Virus record (IMG/VR): IMGVR_UViG_3300021256_000062
Location: 94,918 to 158,917 of that record
From: a virus
Taxonomy: Duplodnaviria > Caudoviricetes
Strand: one strand, 5' to 3'
Length of the DNA: 64,000 bases
Numbering within the stretch: the stretch's first letter is position 1; each line of letters opens with the position of its first letter. Both the position numbers and the translations under genes were made by a program. Positions 47,933-58,716 of this stretch are shown in pieces. Below the pieces are notes generated by a model. That model was not told the DNA's origin. It did no database searches and saw only the letters and a program-made list of their open reading frames with translations.

Positions 47933-48409
47933 CTACCTCTTTACTATGGTAGTCCCTATATATGTAGCTGAACCTTCAAACCAAATTGAATCATAATCTG
48001 TTGGTGGTGTTACTCCTTGTTTATCATAGTTATATTCTCTATACCAATATCTTATGAATGATGGTATTGATACTAGTACTAACATAAATGGTCCTAGGAT
48101 TGCATTTTGATATGTATGTCCTAATTCATGCATTGATACATCTTCAGTTGAATCAGTATCTCTTACAAACATTAATCCTGTTTCAAATCCACCCCAACAT
48201 CTTCCTACATTAAAGTAATAGATTCCATGATATCTCTTTGGTTTCTTTCCTACTAGTAATAATCCTAATGTCACTATGAATCCTATTAAGGTTAGTGGTA
48301 ATCCCCAGGTTAAATTTAAAATGTAATATAACCATTTATGTCTTGCTAACTTTAATGATAGATTGTTAATAGTGTTGTACATAAAGTTTCCTAATATTGT
48401 TCTCTTCAT
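47933..48409 (-). CDS. Membrane zincin-like protein
   Basis: WGLP TM segment, HELGHTYQ, WFE..A. Confidence 0.65.
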   Translation of the reverse strand: MKRTILGNFMYNTINNLSLKLARHKWLYYILNLTWGLPLTLIGFIVTLGLLLVGKKPKRYHGIYYFNVGRCWGGFETGLMFVRDTDSTEDVSMHELGHTYQNAILGPFMLVLVSIPSFIRYWYREYNYDKQGVTPPTDYDSIWFEGSATYIGTTIVKR

Positions 48410-48629
48410 TTTTAATCTCTCCTATCTAATCATATAATTTAGCTTAAAGATTAAAGTGATTTTGAGCTGGAACCTTTTCTTTTTTCTTTTTATATATTTT
48501 TTCTTTATTTCTTTTAGATATTAGATAATATATTATTATTACTAGTATATATATAATTATAAATGATTTATACTAATTTATTATAAAAGATATATATCTT
48601 TTCTTTGGTTCTTTCTTTTCTAAAATATC

Positions 48630-48848
48630 CTAACCCAAAATAATGAAATCATCTTCAGATGGAATAATAGATAAACTACCCCAAGTACCAAAGAGATTAT
48701 AAGAGTCATCAATACTAGTAATTGTACCAACCTTACCATCATACTGACAAGTATCAGTCATACCTACTATCCTAACCTTATCTCCTACTTTAACACCTAA
48801 ACTCTCAACTATTTGTCTGTTCTTATCAACATCTTTTAAGAATGTCAT
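48630..48848 (-). CDS. DUF4314-like protein
   Basis: GDKVRIV.M.D....G..GTIT.IDD...L..TWGSLS. Confidence 0.65.
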   Translation of the reverse strand: MTFLKDVDKNRQIVESLGVKVGDKVRIVGMTDTCQYDGKVGTITSIDDSYNLFGTWGSLSIIPSEDDFIILG

Positions 48849-48874
48849 CTATTATTCACCTCTTCCGATTTTAA

Positions 48875-49216
48875 TTATTGCTTAACTACTTTCTTTAAAA
48901 TGCTATTAAAGATATATCCAGCATTATAGTTGTTACCTAATACGTATTTAGTAATTGCAATTGAGATTCCCTTTTCTAAATCAAAGGTATCACCATCTTG
49001 TACTTCTACCTTTGTAGTTTCACCAGTTTCCCACTTAACTACAATTACACCTTTCTTCTCATTAACATATATCTTGTCAATTAAAGGTACAAAGATGTGT
49101 CTATTGACTCTATCATTAACTTTCTTATCTTCTTCAAAATCTTTTTTCATTTCTTCAGCAATTTCATCTAGTCTTCTTTTATAAAGATTGTCAACATCCC
49201 TAAACATCATTTTCAA
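48875..49216 (-). CDS. Conserved phage hypothetical protein
   Basis: IDKIYVN..VIVVKW.TG.TTKV...GDTFDLEKG. Confidence 0.65.
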   Translation of the reverse strand: MKMMFRDVDNLYKRRLDEIAEEMKKDFEEDKKVNDRVNRHIFVPLIDKIYVNEKKGVIVVKWETGETTKVEVQDGDTFDLEKGISIAITKYVLGNNYNAGYIFNSILKKVVKQ

Positions 49217-49313
49217 TTCTCCTTTATTTATCTTTATTTTAGTTTTTATTTATAGAATGATACATTTTACCACCCTACAATAAAAATTGATTTATGAGCC
49301 AATTTTAACCTAA

Positions 49314-49592
49314 TTACTTGGTTTCAAATTGTTCTACATACTTACTGATACTCATATAAGCACCATCTTCATCAGTACCGTCTATCTCAATGTGAATCTT
49401 CTTACCATTTGCCATACATAATGACATTACACCTAAAATAGACTTAAGGTCTATAGTTAAGTTATTTGAAGAACCATCAACACTGATTGTGATATCACTG
49501 ATGAACTCACTTGCATGGTGTACCATTCCTGTACATAAATTTACCAATTTAGTTTCTTTTGGTATGTTAAGTACAAAGTCTATAGTTTTCAT
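49314..49592 (-). CDS. HPr-family protein lacking the His15 motif
   Basis: IDLKSILGVMSL (Ser46 signature), I.IDG.DE; no GLHARP. Confidence 0.75.
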   Translation of the reverse strand: MKTIDFVLNIPKETKLVNLCTGMVHHASEFISDITISVDGSSNNLTIDLKSILGVMSLCMANGKKIHIEIDGTDEDGAYMSISKYVEQFETK

Positions 49593-49664
49593 ATTTCAAC
49601 TTCCTTTCTAAAAATTAAAAAGTTTGGATTAGGTAAAGACTTATACAACTTAATTTATTTTTCT

Positions 49665-49815
49665 AGTCTCTATTAAATCATATAGTACTTACTTAAGAGC
49701 CAAACTCGACTGAGATTCTAGGTTATGCTAGTTTGCTCAGTCTCTTCCTCATTAAAAATTTGTTATCAATCTTCTTTTAAATATTTTTAAATAATTAAGA
49801 TTGCTGTGTGAGACT
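49665..49815 (-). ncRNA. Clamp RNA 9, between the RNA ligase and HPr-like genes
   Basis: AGTCTC-ACACAGCAA ... GAGACT-AG; internal GACTGAG/CTCAGTC hairpin; TGTATAAT just upstream. Confidence 0.6.
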
Positions 49816-49848
49816 TCCTATATTCATAGGTACATAATATTATACAAT

Positions 49849-51039
49849 TTATAAATTATGTTTCATTAAATATTCTGGAGATACTGCCTTGAAGGATAGC
49901 TTACCATCCTTACCTCTAAATACAATACCCTCTCTTAGAACATCCTTATTAACAACTGACTTATCAGTTGCAATCTTTAGTAACTCGTCAACTGTATCTG
50001 GTAGAATAAAGTTCTCATCTAGAATTGGAACCCAAGGGATTGGTGTATCCCATGACTCAAGTAACTTTTTAGCTGTTATTGAATCCCATCTACCATTTTT
50101 AGAATCCTTGAAGTTGAATGCTGCAAAGTGATGACCCTTTAACTTTAAAGGATTACCTTGCCATCCTTCTCCATATGATTCTCCCTGGATACATACCCAA
50201 TCTAAATCTTTATTCTCATTAAGATATTTTTTAAGTTGATTTTCTACATCATATCTAGTTGCCATTTCCCAATAGATATTATCATTACCTTGGTATGTAT
50301 GTTCATTTGAATCATTCCATAATCTAATATTTCTAGAGCATACATAGAATTCAAATTTATTCTTTCCCTTTCTTACTAGTAAGAAAGTAGTAGATGTACC
50401 ATCAATCTTTTCAGTTGCAATTAATGGTGTCTTATCTTGTAGTAAGTAAGGCATATTCTGAATTCTCTCTTCATCAGTTTTAGATACAAATTCAGTTGGG
50501 AATGCTTTCTTCATATCCTTATGACCTTTTTTCATTCCTCTTAAGAATAACCATCTAAAGAATTTATATCTCATTAACCATTTAACTAACTTATTATTAA
50601 AGAACTTCTTATGTTTAGCTTTGTACTGTTTAATAGCTTGTTCTCTAACATCAGATTTTCTATAGTTATCTTCTACTACTGAATATGTTACTCCTAACTT
50701 TTCAGTTAAATCAGTTAATATTTCAGTATTAGGGTCTATACCTAATACATCTAAAGGTAAAATTAGTCCTTGTGATATAACATTAAATTTACCTAATTTA
50801 TAAGTTTTAATCTTATAATGTTTATTAGCAAGGAATTCAAATGCAGGATTTGATTCTGGTACCTTTGAATCAATTTCAAAGAATGCACATTTATCTCCTG
50901 GTTTAAATTCTCCTTTTTTAGTAATTAATGTCCAACCTAGTACATGTGCTAATTCAATATTATCTGCACCTTCAATAGGTTCTATTGAATCAACTACTTG
51001 AACATAGGCCAACATTCTTTTTCCATCTTTATCTAACAA
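49849..51039 (-). CDS. RNA ligase (DRB0094/Rnl2-like)
   Basis: IEPIEGADNIE, FFEIDS, SQGL, KTDEERIQN, TEKIDGTS, QGE, REGIV, SFKAVS. Confidence 0.9.
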   Translation of the reverse strand: MLDKDGKRMLAYVQVVDSIEPIEGADNIELAHVLGWTLITKKGEFKPGDKCAFFEIDSKVPESNPAFEFLANKHYKIKTYKLGKFNVISQGLILPLDVLGIDPNTEILTDLTEKLGVTYSVVEDNYRKSDVREQAIKQYKAKHKKFFNNKLVKWLMRYKFFRWLFLRGMKKGHKDMKKAFPTEFVSKTDEERIQNMPYLLQDKTPLIATEKIDGTSTTFLLVRKGKNKFEFYVCSRNIRLWNDSNEHTYQGNDNIYWEMATRYDVENQLKKYLNENKDLDWVCIQGESYGEGWQGNPLKLKGHHFAAFNFKDSKNGRWDSITAKKLLESWDTPIPWVPILDENFILPDTVDELLKIATDKSVVNKDVLREGIVFRGKDGKLSFKAVSPEYLMKHNL

Positions 51040-51041
51040 GA

Positions 51042-51266
51042 TTAATCATCTCCTTTTAATTCTTTAATTCTTCTATTGATATACCAAATGGCTTTTTGTA
51101 AGTCTTCAACTTCCTTATCCTTATTTTTCTTACCAGCTCTAGATATATACTTAATTGCATTACCTAGACAAAAACCTAATTGTTTATCTTCAATATAATC
51201 AATAACTTCAATCTTACCATCAGTATAGTGTGATGGATGATTTACAACATCATTTTTAGTATCCAT
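51042..51266 (-). CDS. DUF3310 family protein
   Basis: VNHPSHY, GNAIKYISRAGKK, EDLQKAIWY. Confidence 0.88.
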   Translation of the reverse strand: MDTKNDVVNHPSHYTDGKIEVIDYIEDKQLGFCLGNAIKYISRAGKKNKDKEVEDLQKAIWYINRRIKELKGDD

Positions 51267-52314
51267 TTATTGTTCTATACCTTTCTCCATATTCTAAAAA
51301 TTTTTCCACAAACTCATCTGATTCAGAATGTTTATCACATTCACTAAGTATCTCAAGATACCATCCAAGATGTTCTCCTAATAGGTTCATATCTTTTCTT
51401 TTACTCTTGGATGAATCTTTCCAAGCTTCTAGTGGTCTCATATGGTAATTAATTAAAATTGCCATATTGTACTTATCTTCATCAGTAAATTCATTTACAA
51501 AACCTAAATGATTGACATCTTTAAAATTAGTGAAATCTATATCTAAAGATAAATAGGCACCGACATTTGCATGTTGGTAATAATGTGCAATTTCAGTTAT
51601 TTCACCTTTTCTATTTTTATAAATCTTACAAAACTTTTTACCAATATCATGAAATAATATTGCATACTTTAGATAGATATCGAAATTGTGAAATTCATAG
51701 TTATTTATAAAATAATCTAGTGCTGCAAACATATGTAAATCAATATCCATATTATGATGTGGATTATCATGTGGTTCTTGACCAACAAAATAATTTACAG
51801 CATTTAAATATGGAACTCTTGGTTTAGTTGTATATTCAACTTTAATTTTATTCCATCCCTCACCATAAACAGGTAATTCAAAATTTTGTAACATTCTATC
51901 AATAATATTTGAAGGAACTTTTCTATCCCTATTTTCATTTCTTTGTTTACAAGTATCAATATTAGTATATACTACAATACATTCTTTTTCAAATTCATTC
52001 TCTACATCTCTATCCAAGTTATTAAGTAACTCCACTCTATGTTTCCTATTAATGTTTGTAGCATCATATACTATTAAATTATACTCGTGAGTATTTAAGA
52101 AATTAACAGTTCTATCATACATAATTTTGAATACCTGTTCTGGATTGTCTTGAATACTTGCATCACCATATAACTCTTCTCTAATTTCATCTGAAGATAA
52201 TATTAATGATTCGCCATGTACTAATTTACAACTTATATAGTTATCAACAATTCTTTTTGCAAAAGTAGATTTACCTGAACCAGGTAAACCCACTAACATT
52301 ACAAAATGATTCAT
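51256..52314 (-). CDS. Polynucleotide kinase (AAA_33) fused to an HD domain
   Basis: GLPGSGKST, SSDEIR, DATN, RN..R.R.VP; HDIGK, HANVG, YHM, D. Confidence 0.85.
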   Translation of the reverse strand: MNHFVMLVGLPGSGKSTFAKRIVDNYISCKLVHGESLILSSDEIREELYGDASIQDNPEQVFKIMYDRTVNFLNTHEYNLIVYDATNINRKHRVELLNNLDRDVENEFEKECIVVYTNIDTCKQRNENRDRKVPSNIIDRMLQNFELPVYGEGWNKIKVEYTTKPRVPYLNAVNYFVGQEPHDNPHHNMDIDLHMFAALDYFINNYEFHNFDIYLKYAILFHDIGKKFCKIYKNRKGEITEIAHYYQHANVGAYLSLDIDFTNFKDVNHLGFVNEFTDEDKYNMAILINYHMRPLEAWKDSSKSKRKDMNLLGEHLGWYLEILSECDKHSESDEFVEKFLEYGERYRTINGY

Positions 52315-52326
52315 TATAACACATCC

Positions 52327-52788
52327 TTATAATTTCTTTACACTTAATGATGTTTCAGTATTTTTTGTATAGTACTCAGCTAATTTATTAGCTACACTAT
52401 CAGATTCTTTGATGACCTTATTAAGTTCAGTTTCATTAATTGTTTGTATAACATATTGTTTTAATACTTCATCATTTAAAAGTAATCCAATTAATTTAGA
52501 CTTATCTTCATACTTAATCTTGTCTTTAAATGTTATAGTTGCAGTGTAATTATCTCCAACATACTTTTTAGTTGAATAACTTTCAGTAAGTAAATTAACT
52601 AATGCAGCATTCATCTCTTTTAACTTTTTAGACTTAGTGTCTACTTCACTCTTTAGTTCAAAATATTCTCGAATGGCGACATCTAAATCATTTTCCTTTG
52701 ATGCATAGTCTTCAGCATCAGCATCTCCCCAATTCTTTCTCATATCTTCAACTAGTTCTTGTTTTGTCAATGATTCATTTAACATCAT
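52327..52788 (-). CDS. Hypothetical protein
   Basis: 153 aa after a sigmaA promoter. Confidence 0.65.
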   Translation of the reverse strand: MMLNESLTKQELVEDMRKNWGDADAEDYASKENDLDVAIREYFELKSEVDTKSKKLKEMNAALVNLLTESYSTKKYVGDNYTATITFKDKIKYEDKSKLIGLLLNDEVLKQYVIQTINETELNKVIKESDSVANKLAEYYTKNTETSLSVKKL

Positions 52789-52868
52789 ATAATTAATCCT
52801 CCTATATTTACATTTGACAAGTACATTATAACATTATAATTTTTTATTGTCAATAATTATTTGATATT

Positions 52869-53513
52869 TTATTTCATATTTTTGTGTAGGTCAATAGTAT
52901 CATCAGGTTGATACTGATTAAATTCTTTAATTTCAATAGGTTCAAACTCTTGTCTCTCAACACAAACACACCTACTATTTTCTGTAGCTGTAATGAATTG
53001 AGGTAAGGAATGAACATGACCATATATAAAATAAAATGGACTAGACATAGGGTGCATCCACTCTAAAGGATGATGTGATAACACAAAGAAATTTTTAAGT
53101 ATAACTGGATATTTAGATACAAAATTAAATCCTATATTTCTATAATACTCATCTGGAAGATTATCATGGTTTCCTCTAATTATTCTTTTATCACCATTTA
53201 ATTTACTTACACACTCTTTTAGGTATTCTTTATTTCCCATACCTAAATCACCAAGAAACCAAACAGTGTCTCCCTTTTTTACCTTTTTATTCCATTTATA
53301 TATCAGCATATCATCGTGATATTTTAAAACTTTAAAAACTAAATCTTTGTTGCTTGAATTGAAATCATTTAATACATCATCTTTTGTAAAGTCTACATAC
53401 AAACCTAGTACGTTTACCATATAATCTAAAGTAGCATCTATTCTACTAGGTTCATATCTCAATACATTCTTATGATTAAAATGTAAATCGGAAATAAAAT
53501 ATGTCTTACTCAT
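52869..53513 (-). CDS. Calcineurin-like metallophosphoesterase
   Basis: SDLHFNH, LGD, GNHD, SHHP, GHVH. Confidence 0.88.
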   Translation of the reverse strand: MSKTYFISDLHFNHKNVLRYEPSRIDATLDYMVNVLGLYVDFTKDDVLNDFNSSNKDLVFKVLKYHDDMLIYKWNKKVKKGDTVWFLGDLGMGNKEYLKECVSKLNGDKRIIRGNHDNLPDEYYRNIGFNFVSKYPVILKNFFVLSHHPLEWMHPMSSPFYFIYGHVHSLPQFITATENSRCVCVERQEFEPIEIKEFNQYQPDDTIDLHKNMK

Positions 53514-53684
53514 AATTATCTCCTACACAACTGCAAGTATAGTTATTACTAATAACATAGTTAGAAATAACATACAAATTCTACGACTAGTTTTATTTGT
53601 ATTATATTCATCTAAACATAAATTTGCAGCATACAATATTTTATGTCTTTTTGCAAATAACTCTTTATTCTTCATAATAATCTC

Positions 53685-54452
53685 CTACTTTATCAAGTCT
53701 TCAATATATGTTCTATTATCAATAAATAGAGCTGGGTCAGTTACAATAGACCATTCTGTCTTGCCATTATCCAAATCAATCTTTTTAACAACACTACCCC
53801 ATTTTTGTTCTCCTGCAAATTTTGACCAATCAATAGATTTTTCACTGATAACTTTATTTACAACTTGGTCAGCATTTAAACCATTTAATTGTTTTTGGTT
53901 GTAGAATGATTGACCTAAAGCTGATTTTGAATTTCTAATTGCATCTTGTTGTCTCCAAATAAAATAGTTTGCAACTTCTTCTTTTGGAATATTAAAACAT
54001 CTTGAATCAAATGTTGCACCAATCTTACTTGCATTATAATGTGGAGTATAGTATTCAGCACTTGCAATATGGAATTCTTTAGATACTAATTCATTAAAGA
54101 ATCTATTAAAAGCTAATGTAGCTAATGATGCTGATACTGAACATACTTTTTGAACATTATAGTCAAACCAAGCATCAGTATCTAGGTTAGTATAATCAAC
54201 TAATAATAAACTGATTTCATCTGATTGAGTATAACCTAACTTAACACCCTGGATATTCTCACATAAGTATTTAGTTGTTTGTTGCATTGCAGTTGCAAAT
54301 AACTTATCAAATGGTTTCTCAAACTTTTTACAAAATGTATGAAAATGACACCCATCAATTCTAATAATGACAGGCATTCTTCTTGTTAAATAATTCTTAC
54401 TTCTATTCTCGTAGTTTTCTTTCATACGAGTTCCTAATTTATCCTTTACCAA
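53685..54452 (-). CDS. thg1: tRNA-His guanylyltransferase / Thg1-like 3'-5' polymerase
   Basis: RMK.YE, IIRIDG..FH.F, YTQSDEISL, FDSR, YFIWRQQDA.RNS. Confidence 0.92.
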   Translation of the reverse strand: MVKDKLGTRMKENYENRSKNYLTRRMPVIIRIDGCHFHTFCKKFEKPFDKLFATAMQQTTKYLCENIQGVKLGYTQSDEISLLLVDYTNLDTDAWFDYNVQKVCSVSASLATLAFNRFFNELVSKEFHIASAEYYTPHYNASKIGATFDSRCFNIPKEEVANYFIWRQQDAIRNSKSALGQSFYNQKQLNGLNADQVVNKVISEKSIDWSKFAGEQKWGSVVKKIDLDNGKTEWSIVTDPALFIDNRTYIEDLIK

Positions 54453-54464
54453 ATTATCATCTCC

Positions 54465-54707
54465 TTATGATTTTAAATTATGAACGTATTCTAACTCATC
54501 TAAAGTAAATACTTTCATATTAATAACATATATGTCTTCTTTTCCAGTGTAATATAATACTCCTTGATATATAGTTGAATCACCTTTTAATCTTAATTCA
54601 ACTTCAAGTCCAACAAAATAACTTATATCTATATTATTCATAATTATCTTTCCACCACAATACCATTGCAAGTTAATAGAGAATATAGGTTCATACTTGG
54701 AATACAA
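54465..54707 (-). CDS. Hypothetical protein
   Basis: Short ORF; true start probably internal (MNNIDISY). Confidence 0.5.
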   Translation of the reverse strand: MYSKYEPIFSINLQWYCGGKIIMNNIDISYFVGLEVELRLKGDSTIYQGVLYYTGKEDIYVINMKVFTLDELEYVHNLKS

Positions 54708-55144
54708 TTAACTGCAGTACAAGATTTCTTAACTATAACTTTAGCCTTTGGGAACAATGACTTTAAAGCAAGTGCATTTATTAATACACTATCATATCCA
54801 TTTAATCCAACCACAGTTATTTCAATAGGGTCTCTAATTAGACTTGCCCAATTAGTATATAAAGGTGTTTCCTTTTCTAAACAATTTATCATAACACCAT
54901 CACTTATTGCAACATTTTGAATGGCGTCAACTATTTGAGCACAATATTTCCACCCATCAGTATCTCTTATACAAAAGTCTTTCCCATTTAACCATGTAGT
55001 AAATAGATACCCATAGTCTCCATCCATTACTTCAGTTACAATAGGGTTAATAATATTAAGTCCCTCTTGACCAGCCTTTTTAATAACATCTACTTGCATA
55101 TCACAAATAATTAAATACTTTTTGTTCATAATAATTCCTTTCAC
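54644..55144 (-). CDS. Isochorismatase/nicotinamidase-like protein, degenerate
   Basis: LIICDMQVD, CIRDTDGW; GLNGYDSV in place of catalytic G..TD.CV. Confidence 0.6.
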   Translation of the reverse strand: MKGIIMNKKYLIICDMQVDVIKKAGQEGLNIINPIVTEVMDGDYGYLFTTWLNGKDFCIRDTDGWKYCAQIVDAIQNVAISDGVMINCLEKETPLYTNWASLIRDPIEITVVGLNGYDSVLINALALKSLFPKAKVIVKKSCTAVNCIPSMNLYSLLTCNGIVVER

Positions 55145-55373
55145 TTTCTATATCTTTTTCTACCATCATAACAATCATCTTCATCATCTTTATTCATTCT
55201 TTTAAATGGGTATAAATCTTTTGAATAACAAATGATTCCAATAACTACTATTAATGATATAACCAATAATATTGATAATACTATAAATAACTCCATCTAC
55301 ATCACCACCTAATACTATTCTAATATAATTATACAAGTAAAAAAATATTTTGTCAATAAAAAAGAGTGAAAAA

Positions 55374-57788
55374 TTAATCTTCACTCTCATCATTATCAAA
55401 AATGCTTCTTTTTCTATATCCCTGGTTCTTGAATCTAGGTCTTGACATCTTTGGTTTACTTGTTTCTACATCTTCAGGTTCTTCAACTCCATAATCGAAA
55501 ATTGATTGTTGTTTAAATGTAGGATTATTTTGTTTTGGTTCTTGTTCAATTTGTGGTTTTTCTTCTTCTGGTTGATTATCAACTTGAGCCTCCTTATCAA
55601 ATATTGTAATTTGATTTGGATTAGGTTTGAACTTTGGTTTCTTATTTGGATTAGGTTTGAATTGTCCACGTCTCTTACCAAAGTCATTAATTGCATCAAT
55701 TACACCTTTTGAATGTCTCAAGTACATTCTATCAAACATACCCATTTGAACAGCGTCAGGATATTTAACACCATACACAGCAGGGAATATAATATCTGCA
55801 AATTGTCTTTGCATAAATGTCTCTGCATAATGAATGTAGTTATTAATTACTGATGCGACTTTCATCATCCACGATAAATTAGATAATACTAGATTACAGT
55901 GTTTACATCCACCACCCATATCATCATGACTATTTGTCCAATCAAATCTATTAGGTCTATTTTCAGGTTTTCCTGAGTTGAATCCTTGAACTGTTGCCCA
56001 ATGGTTAAATCTAAATTTGAAATCTGGACAAGAACAATTCTCGTACACATCTCCATTATTAAATACTCTAGATAATGATTGAGATATTGTTCTATAATCT
56101 AATGTATTATTGTTTGCTTGAACATTCTTTTGTAATTCCTTTAAAACCCCATTAAATTTGATTTTAACAATGTAATCATCAGTTTCCCCTTTAACTGGTA
56201 CATTGACAATTAAAACATCTTTTTTAAAGAATGCATTCATGTCAATGGAATTGAATTCTCTAGTTGATGATGCTACTCTTGACCATTTCTTTCTTTCCCA
56301 TCTATTCTTACCTAATGCTTGATTTTTAGGAGAATACTCTCTACCATTTTTAGATTTATTAATTAAGTCTCTACGACTAACCTCTAATAATAGTGCTTCA
56401 GTTAGTTTAGGGCTATTATATACTAATACCTCAGCTTTACCATATCCCATATTATATAATGCCCATAATCTATGATTACCATCCATTATTTTCAAGTCTT
56501 GTGTAAGTCTAATAGGATTTATTCTTTCATTATCTTTATCTTTAGAATACCAATATAGTTCGGGTTCTTCACCCCATACACTAGTTCTTCTGCTAAACAT
56601 TCCATGATTTGGATTATCTAGTTTATTTCTTTTAATTACATCTTTTAAATTTACTTCTTTGATTGTGTAATCGGGATAATATTTTTTAAGGTATTCTTTA
56701 TCATCATCAGATAATTTAAGTGTAACACCTCTTCTAAACTTTCTAGATTGTTCAATAGTGTCTAACATAGATTTATACCAGAAAGAATTTTTATTATTAG
56801 GTTCTTGTTCAGTTGGTTCATCTAGTTCAGTATCTTCTAAACCTTTTAAATCTAATAACTGTGTTAATTCATCTGGGTCTAAATCATATTCATAATCATC
56901 AAATTCTACTTCTTCATCAATTCTATTACTTGAGCTTGGATTCTTGTTAGATATAGATTTTATTTGATTACCTGAACTTAATGTAATTATGTCAGTAGTT
57001 ATATCACTGAACATATCTTTACTGTCGTGTATATCTTTTATGATTATACCATCATATCCTTCATCTAATGATAGTACAAATCTAACTACATCATCAGTTG
57101 AGAAATAATAATCATTAGGGTCTTCACCTACAATATCATCTTTTAATTGGTCATACATATCATCATCAAATAACTCATCAGTTGAGTATTGATATTCTAG
57201 AATATGTTCTGCACCTATGAAACTATTTCTACCTAAATTCCATAAATCAAAGTAATCTATGTCCATTGGGTCAGTATCTTCATCATACACATCACTTGGT
57301 CTTAACTCTAAATTAAGTTTACTTAAATCATTATTTAATTCATTGAATCTGAAATCAGAATAATCTAATATCTTACCTTTCCACTTATTAAATATTCTAT
57401 CAAATAGTTTTATTTGTTGTTCTCTTAATCTATCATCTTTAATATTTAAATGGGATTTAATTTCAGCTTCACTTTTATTATCTACTATATATGGATTAAC
57501 TATATTAATGTAACATTCAAATATAGTACCATCATCATATCCAAATTCAGTATATGTGGATGCTGATTTTCTATCAGTAGTAAAATAATTTACATTATGA
57601 TTTCCAAACTTGTATTTACCAAATTGTGATTTACTATCTTTAGGATTAAATTCTTTAAAACCTGGATTAGGACTTCCATGATAACAAACTAAAAGATTAT
57701 TATTACTATCTACAATTTTAGTATCTTTAAAATAATCCATTTGTTCTTTAGTTAATTCATTTCCTAAATTATCTTTATTATTTATCAT
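55374..57788 (-). CDS. Polyvalent protein: ART-PolyVal-like + ParB-like + SWIM zinc finger
   Basis: DNLGNELTKEQ..YFK..VCYHGS..GYDGII; MDGNHR; CSCPDF...CKH. Confidence 0.72.
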   Translation of the reverse strand: MINNKDNLGNELTKEQMDYFKDTKIVDSNNNLLVCYHGSPNPGFKEFNPKDSKSQFGKYKFGNHNVNYFTTDRKSASTYTEFGYDDGTIFECYINIVNPYIVDNKSEAEIKSHLNIKDDRLREQQIKLFDRIFNKWKGKILDYSDFRFNELNNDLSKLNLELRPSDVYDEDTDPMDIDYFDLWNLGRNSFIGAEHILEYQYSTDELFDDDMYDQLKDDIVGEDPNDYYFSTDDVVRFVLSLDEGYDGIIIKDIHDSKDMFSDITTDIITLSSGNQIKSISNKNPSSSNRIDEEVEFDDYEYDLDPDELTQLLDLKGLEDTELDEPTEQEPNNKNSFWYKSMLDTIEQSRKFRRGVTLKLSDDDKEYLKKYYPDYTIKEVNLKDVIKRNKLDNPNHGMFSRRTSVWGEEPELYWYSKDKDNERINPIRLTQDLKIMDGNHRLWALYNMGYGKAEVLVYNSPKLTEALLLEVSRRDLINKSKNGREYSPKNQALGKNRWERKKWSRVASSTREFNSIDMNAFFKKDVLIVNVPVKGETDDYIVKIKFNGVLKELQKNVQANNNTLDYRTISQSLSRVFNNGDVYENCSCPDFKFRFNHWATVQGFNSGKPENRPNRFDWTNSHDDMGGGCKHCNLVLSNLSWMMKVASVINNYIHYAETFMQRQFADIIFPAVYGVKYPDAVQMGMFDRMYLRHSKGVIDAINDFGKRRGQFKPNPNKKPKFKPNPNQITIFDKEAQVDNQPEEEKPQIEQEPKQNNPTFKQQSIFDYGVEEPEDVETSKPKMSRPRFKNQGYRKRSIFDNDESED

Positions 57789-57964
57789 TTAAGGACGTGC
57801 CTCCTTTACTATATATTATACAATTAATTTAGCTCATTTTATATAAAATAAAAGAGAACAAAATGTTCTCAATTATTTATTATGGAGTAATAACAGTGAT
57901 TAAACCATTTTCACCCATTTGATAAGTAGGTAACTTACCATCCCAAGTTTCAATAGTGTAAACC

Positions 57965-58147
57965 TTATTCAGTTACTCCCTTTAATTTTTGTAATCTTAA
58001 TTCTTTCTTATTTTTCCACATAGTCTTTTTATAATTATTAATATTTGATAATACATTATATCTTTGAGTGTTACTTAATTGTGACCAAACGTCAGACTTA
58101 ATGCCAACTCCTTTAGGCATCTTCATATTTCTACCATTTCTTTTCAT
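57965..58147 (-). CDS. Small basic hypothetical protein
   Basis: 60 aa ORF. Confidence 0.45.
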   Translation of the reverse strand: MKRNGRNMKMPKGVGIKSDVWSQLSNTQRYNVLSNINNYKKTMWKNKKELRLQKLKGVTE

Positions 58148-58164
58148 TTTTATATTTTCCTTTC

Positions 58165-58716
58165 CTAATCAATAATATCAATGTGACACATTTTCATTGC
58201 TTGTAATGCATTTTTATGTGAATCAACAGTAACTCCTGCACAACAAGATTCTTTAACCTTAATTGGCACATTTGGGAGTACTGATTTAATTCCTAATACA
58301 TTAGAAATAACACAAATATCTGTACAATATCCAATTACTTCGATTTCATCAATACATTCACAACAATCTATTGTATTTATGTAATAACCATCAAGTAATT
58401 CTTTCCAACCATCAAATCCAAATGTAGGCTTAGTTACAATTTCAAACTTATTTGATGTATTGTACAATTCATCTACAACTTCCTTGCATAATTTCCATCC
58501 CCATGTATCCCTAATACAATGTGGGATAGGTAATTTTTGTCCTTCAATTGAGTAGGAATAAGTCTCATCATAGTGAGTATCTTTAGTTAATATAATTGGT
58601 CCTTTCCAATCCCTAATCTCTTTACATACATTAGGTAATTTCTTAATAGCTTCTTCATTTCTTAATGAACCTGTGACAAAATCATTCTGTACATCTATCA
58701 CTACTAATAGTTTCAT
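58165..58716 (-). CDS. pncA: Nicotinamidase (isochorismatase family)
   Basis: VIDVQNDF, DTH, PHC..GW, KPTFG, GYCTDICV. Confidence 0.85.
   Translation of the reverse strand: MKLLVVIDVQNDFVTGSLRNEEAIKKLPNVCKEIRDWKGPIILTKDTHYDETYSYSIEGQKLPIPHCIRDTWGWKLCKEVVDELYNTSNKFEIVTKPTFGFDGWKELLDGYYINTIDCCECIDEIEVIGYCTDICVISNVLGIKSVLPNVPIKVKESCCAGVTVDSHKNALQAMKMCHIDIID

Noticed and set aside
57879-57970. Fragment reading ...IETWDGKLPTY..., like an SPFH-protein C-terminus
   Set aside because: Only ~30 codons without a start; probably a gene remnant, too short to call
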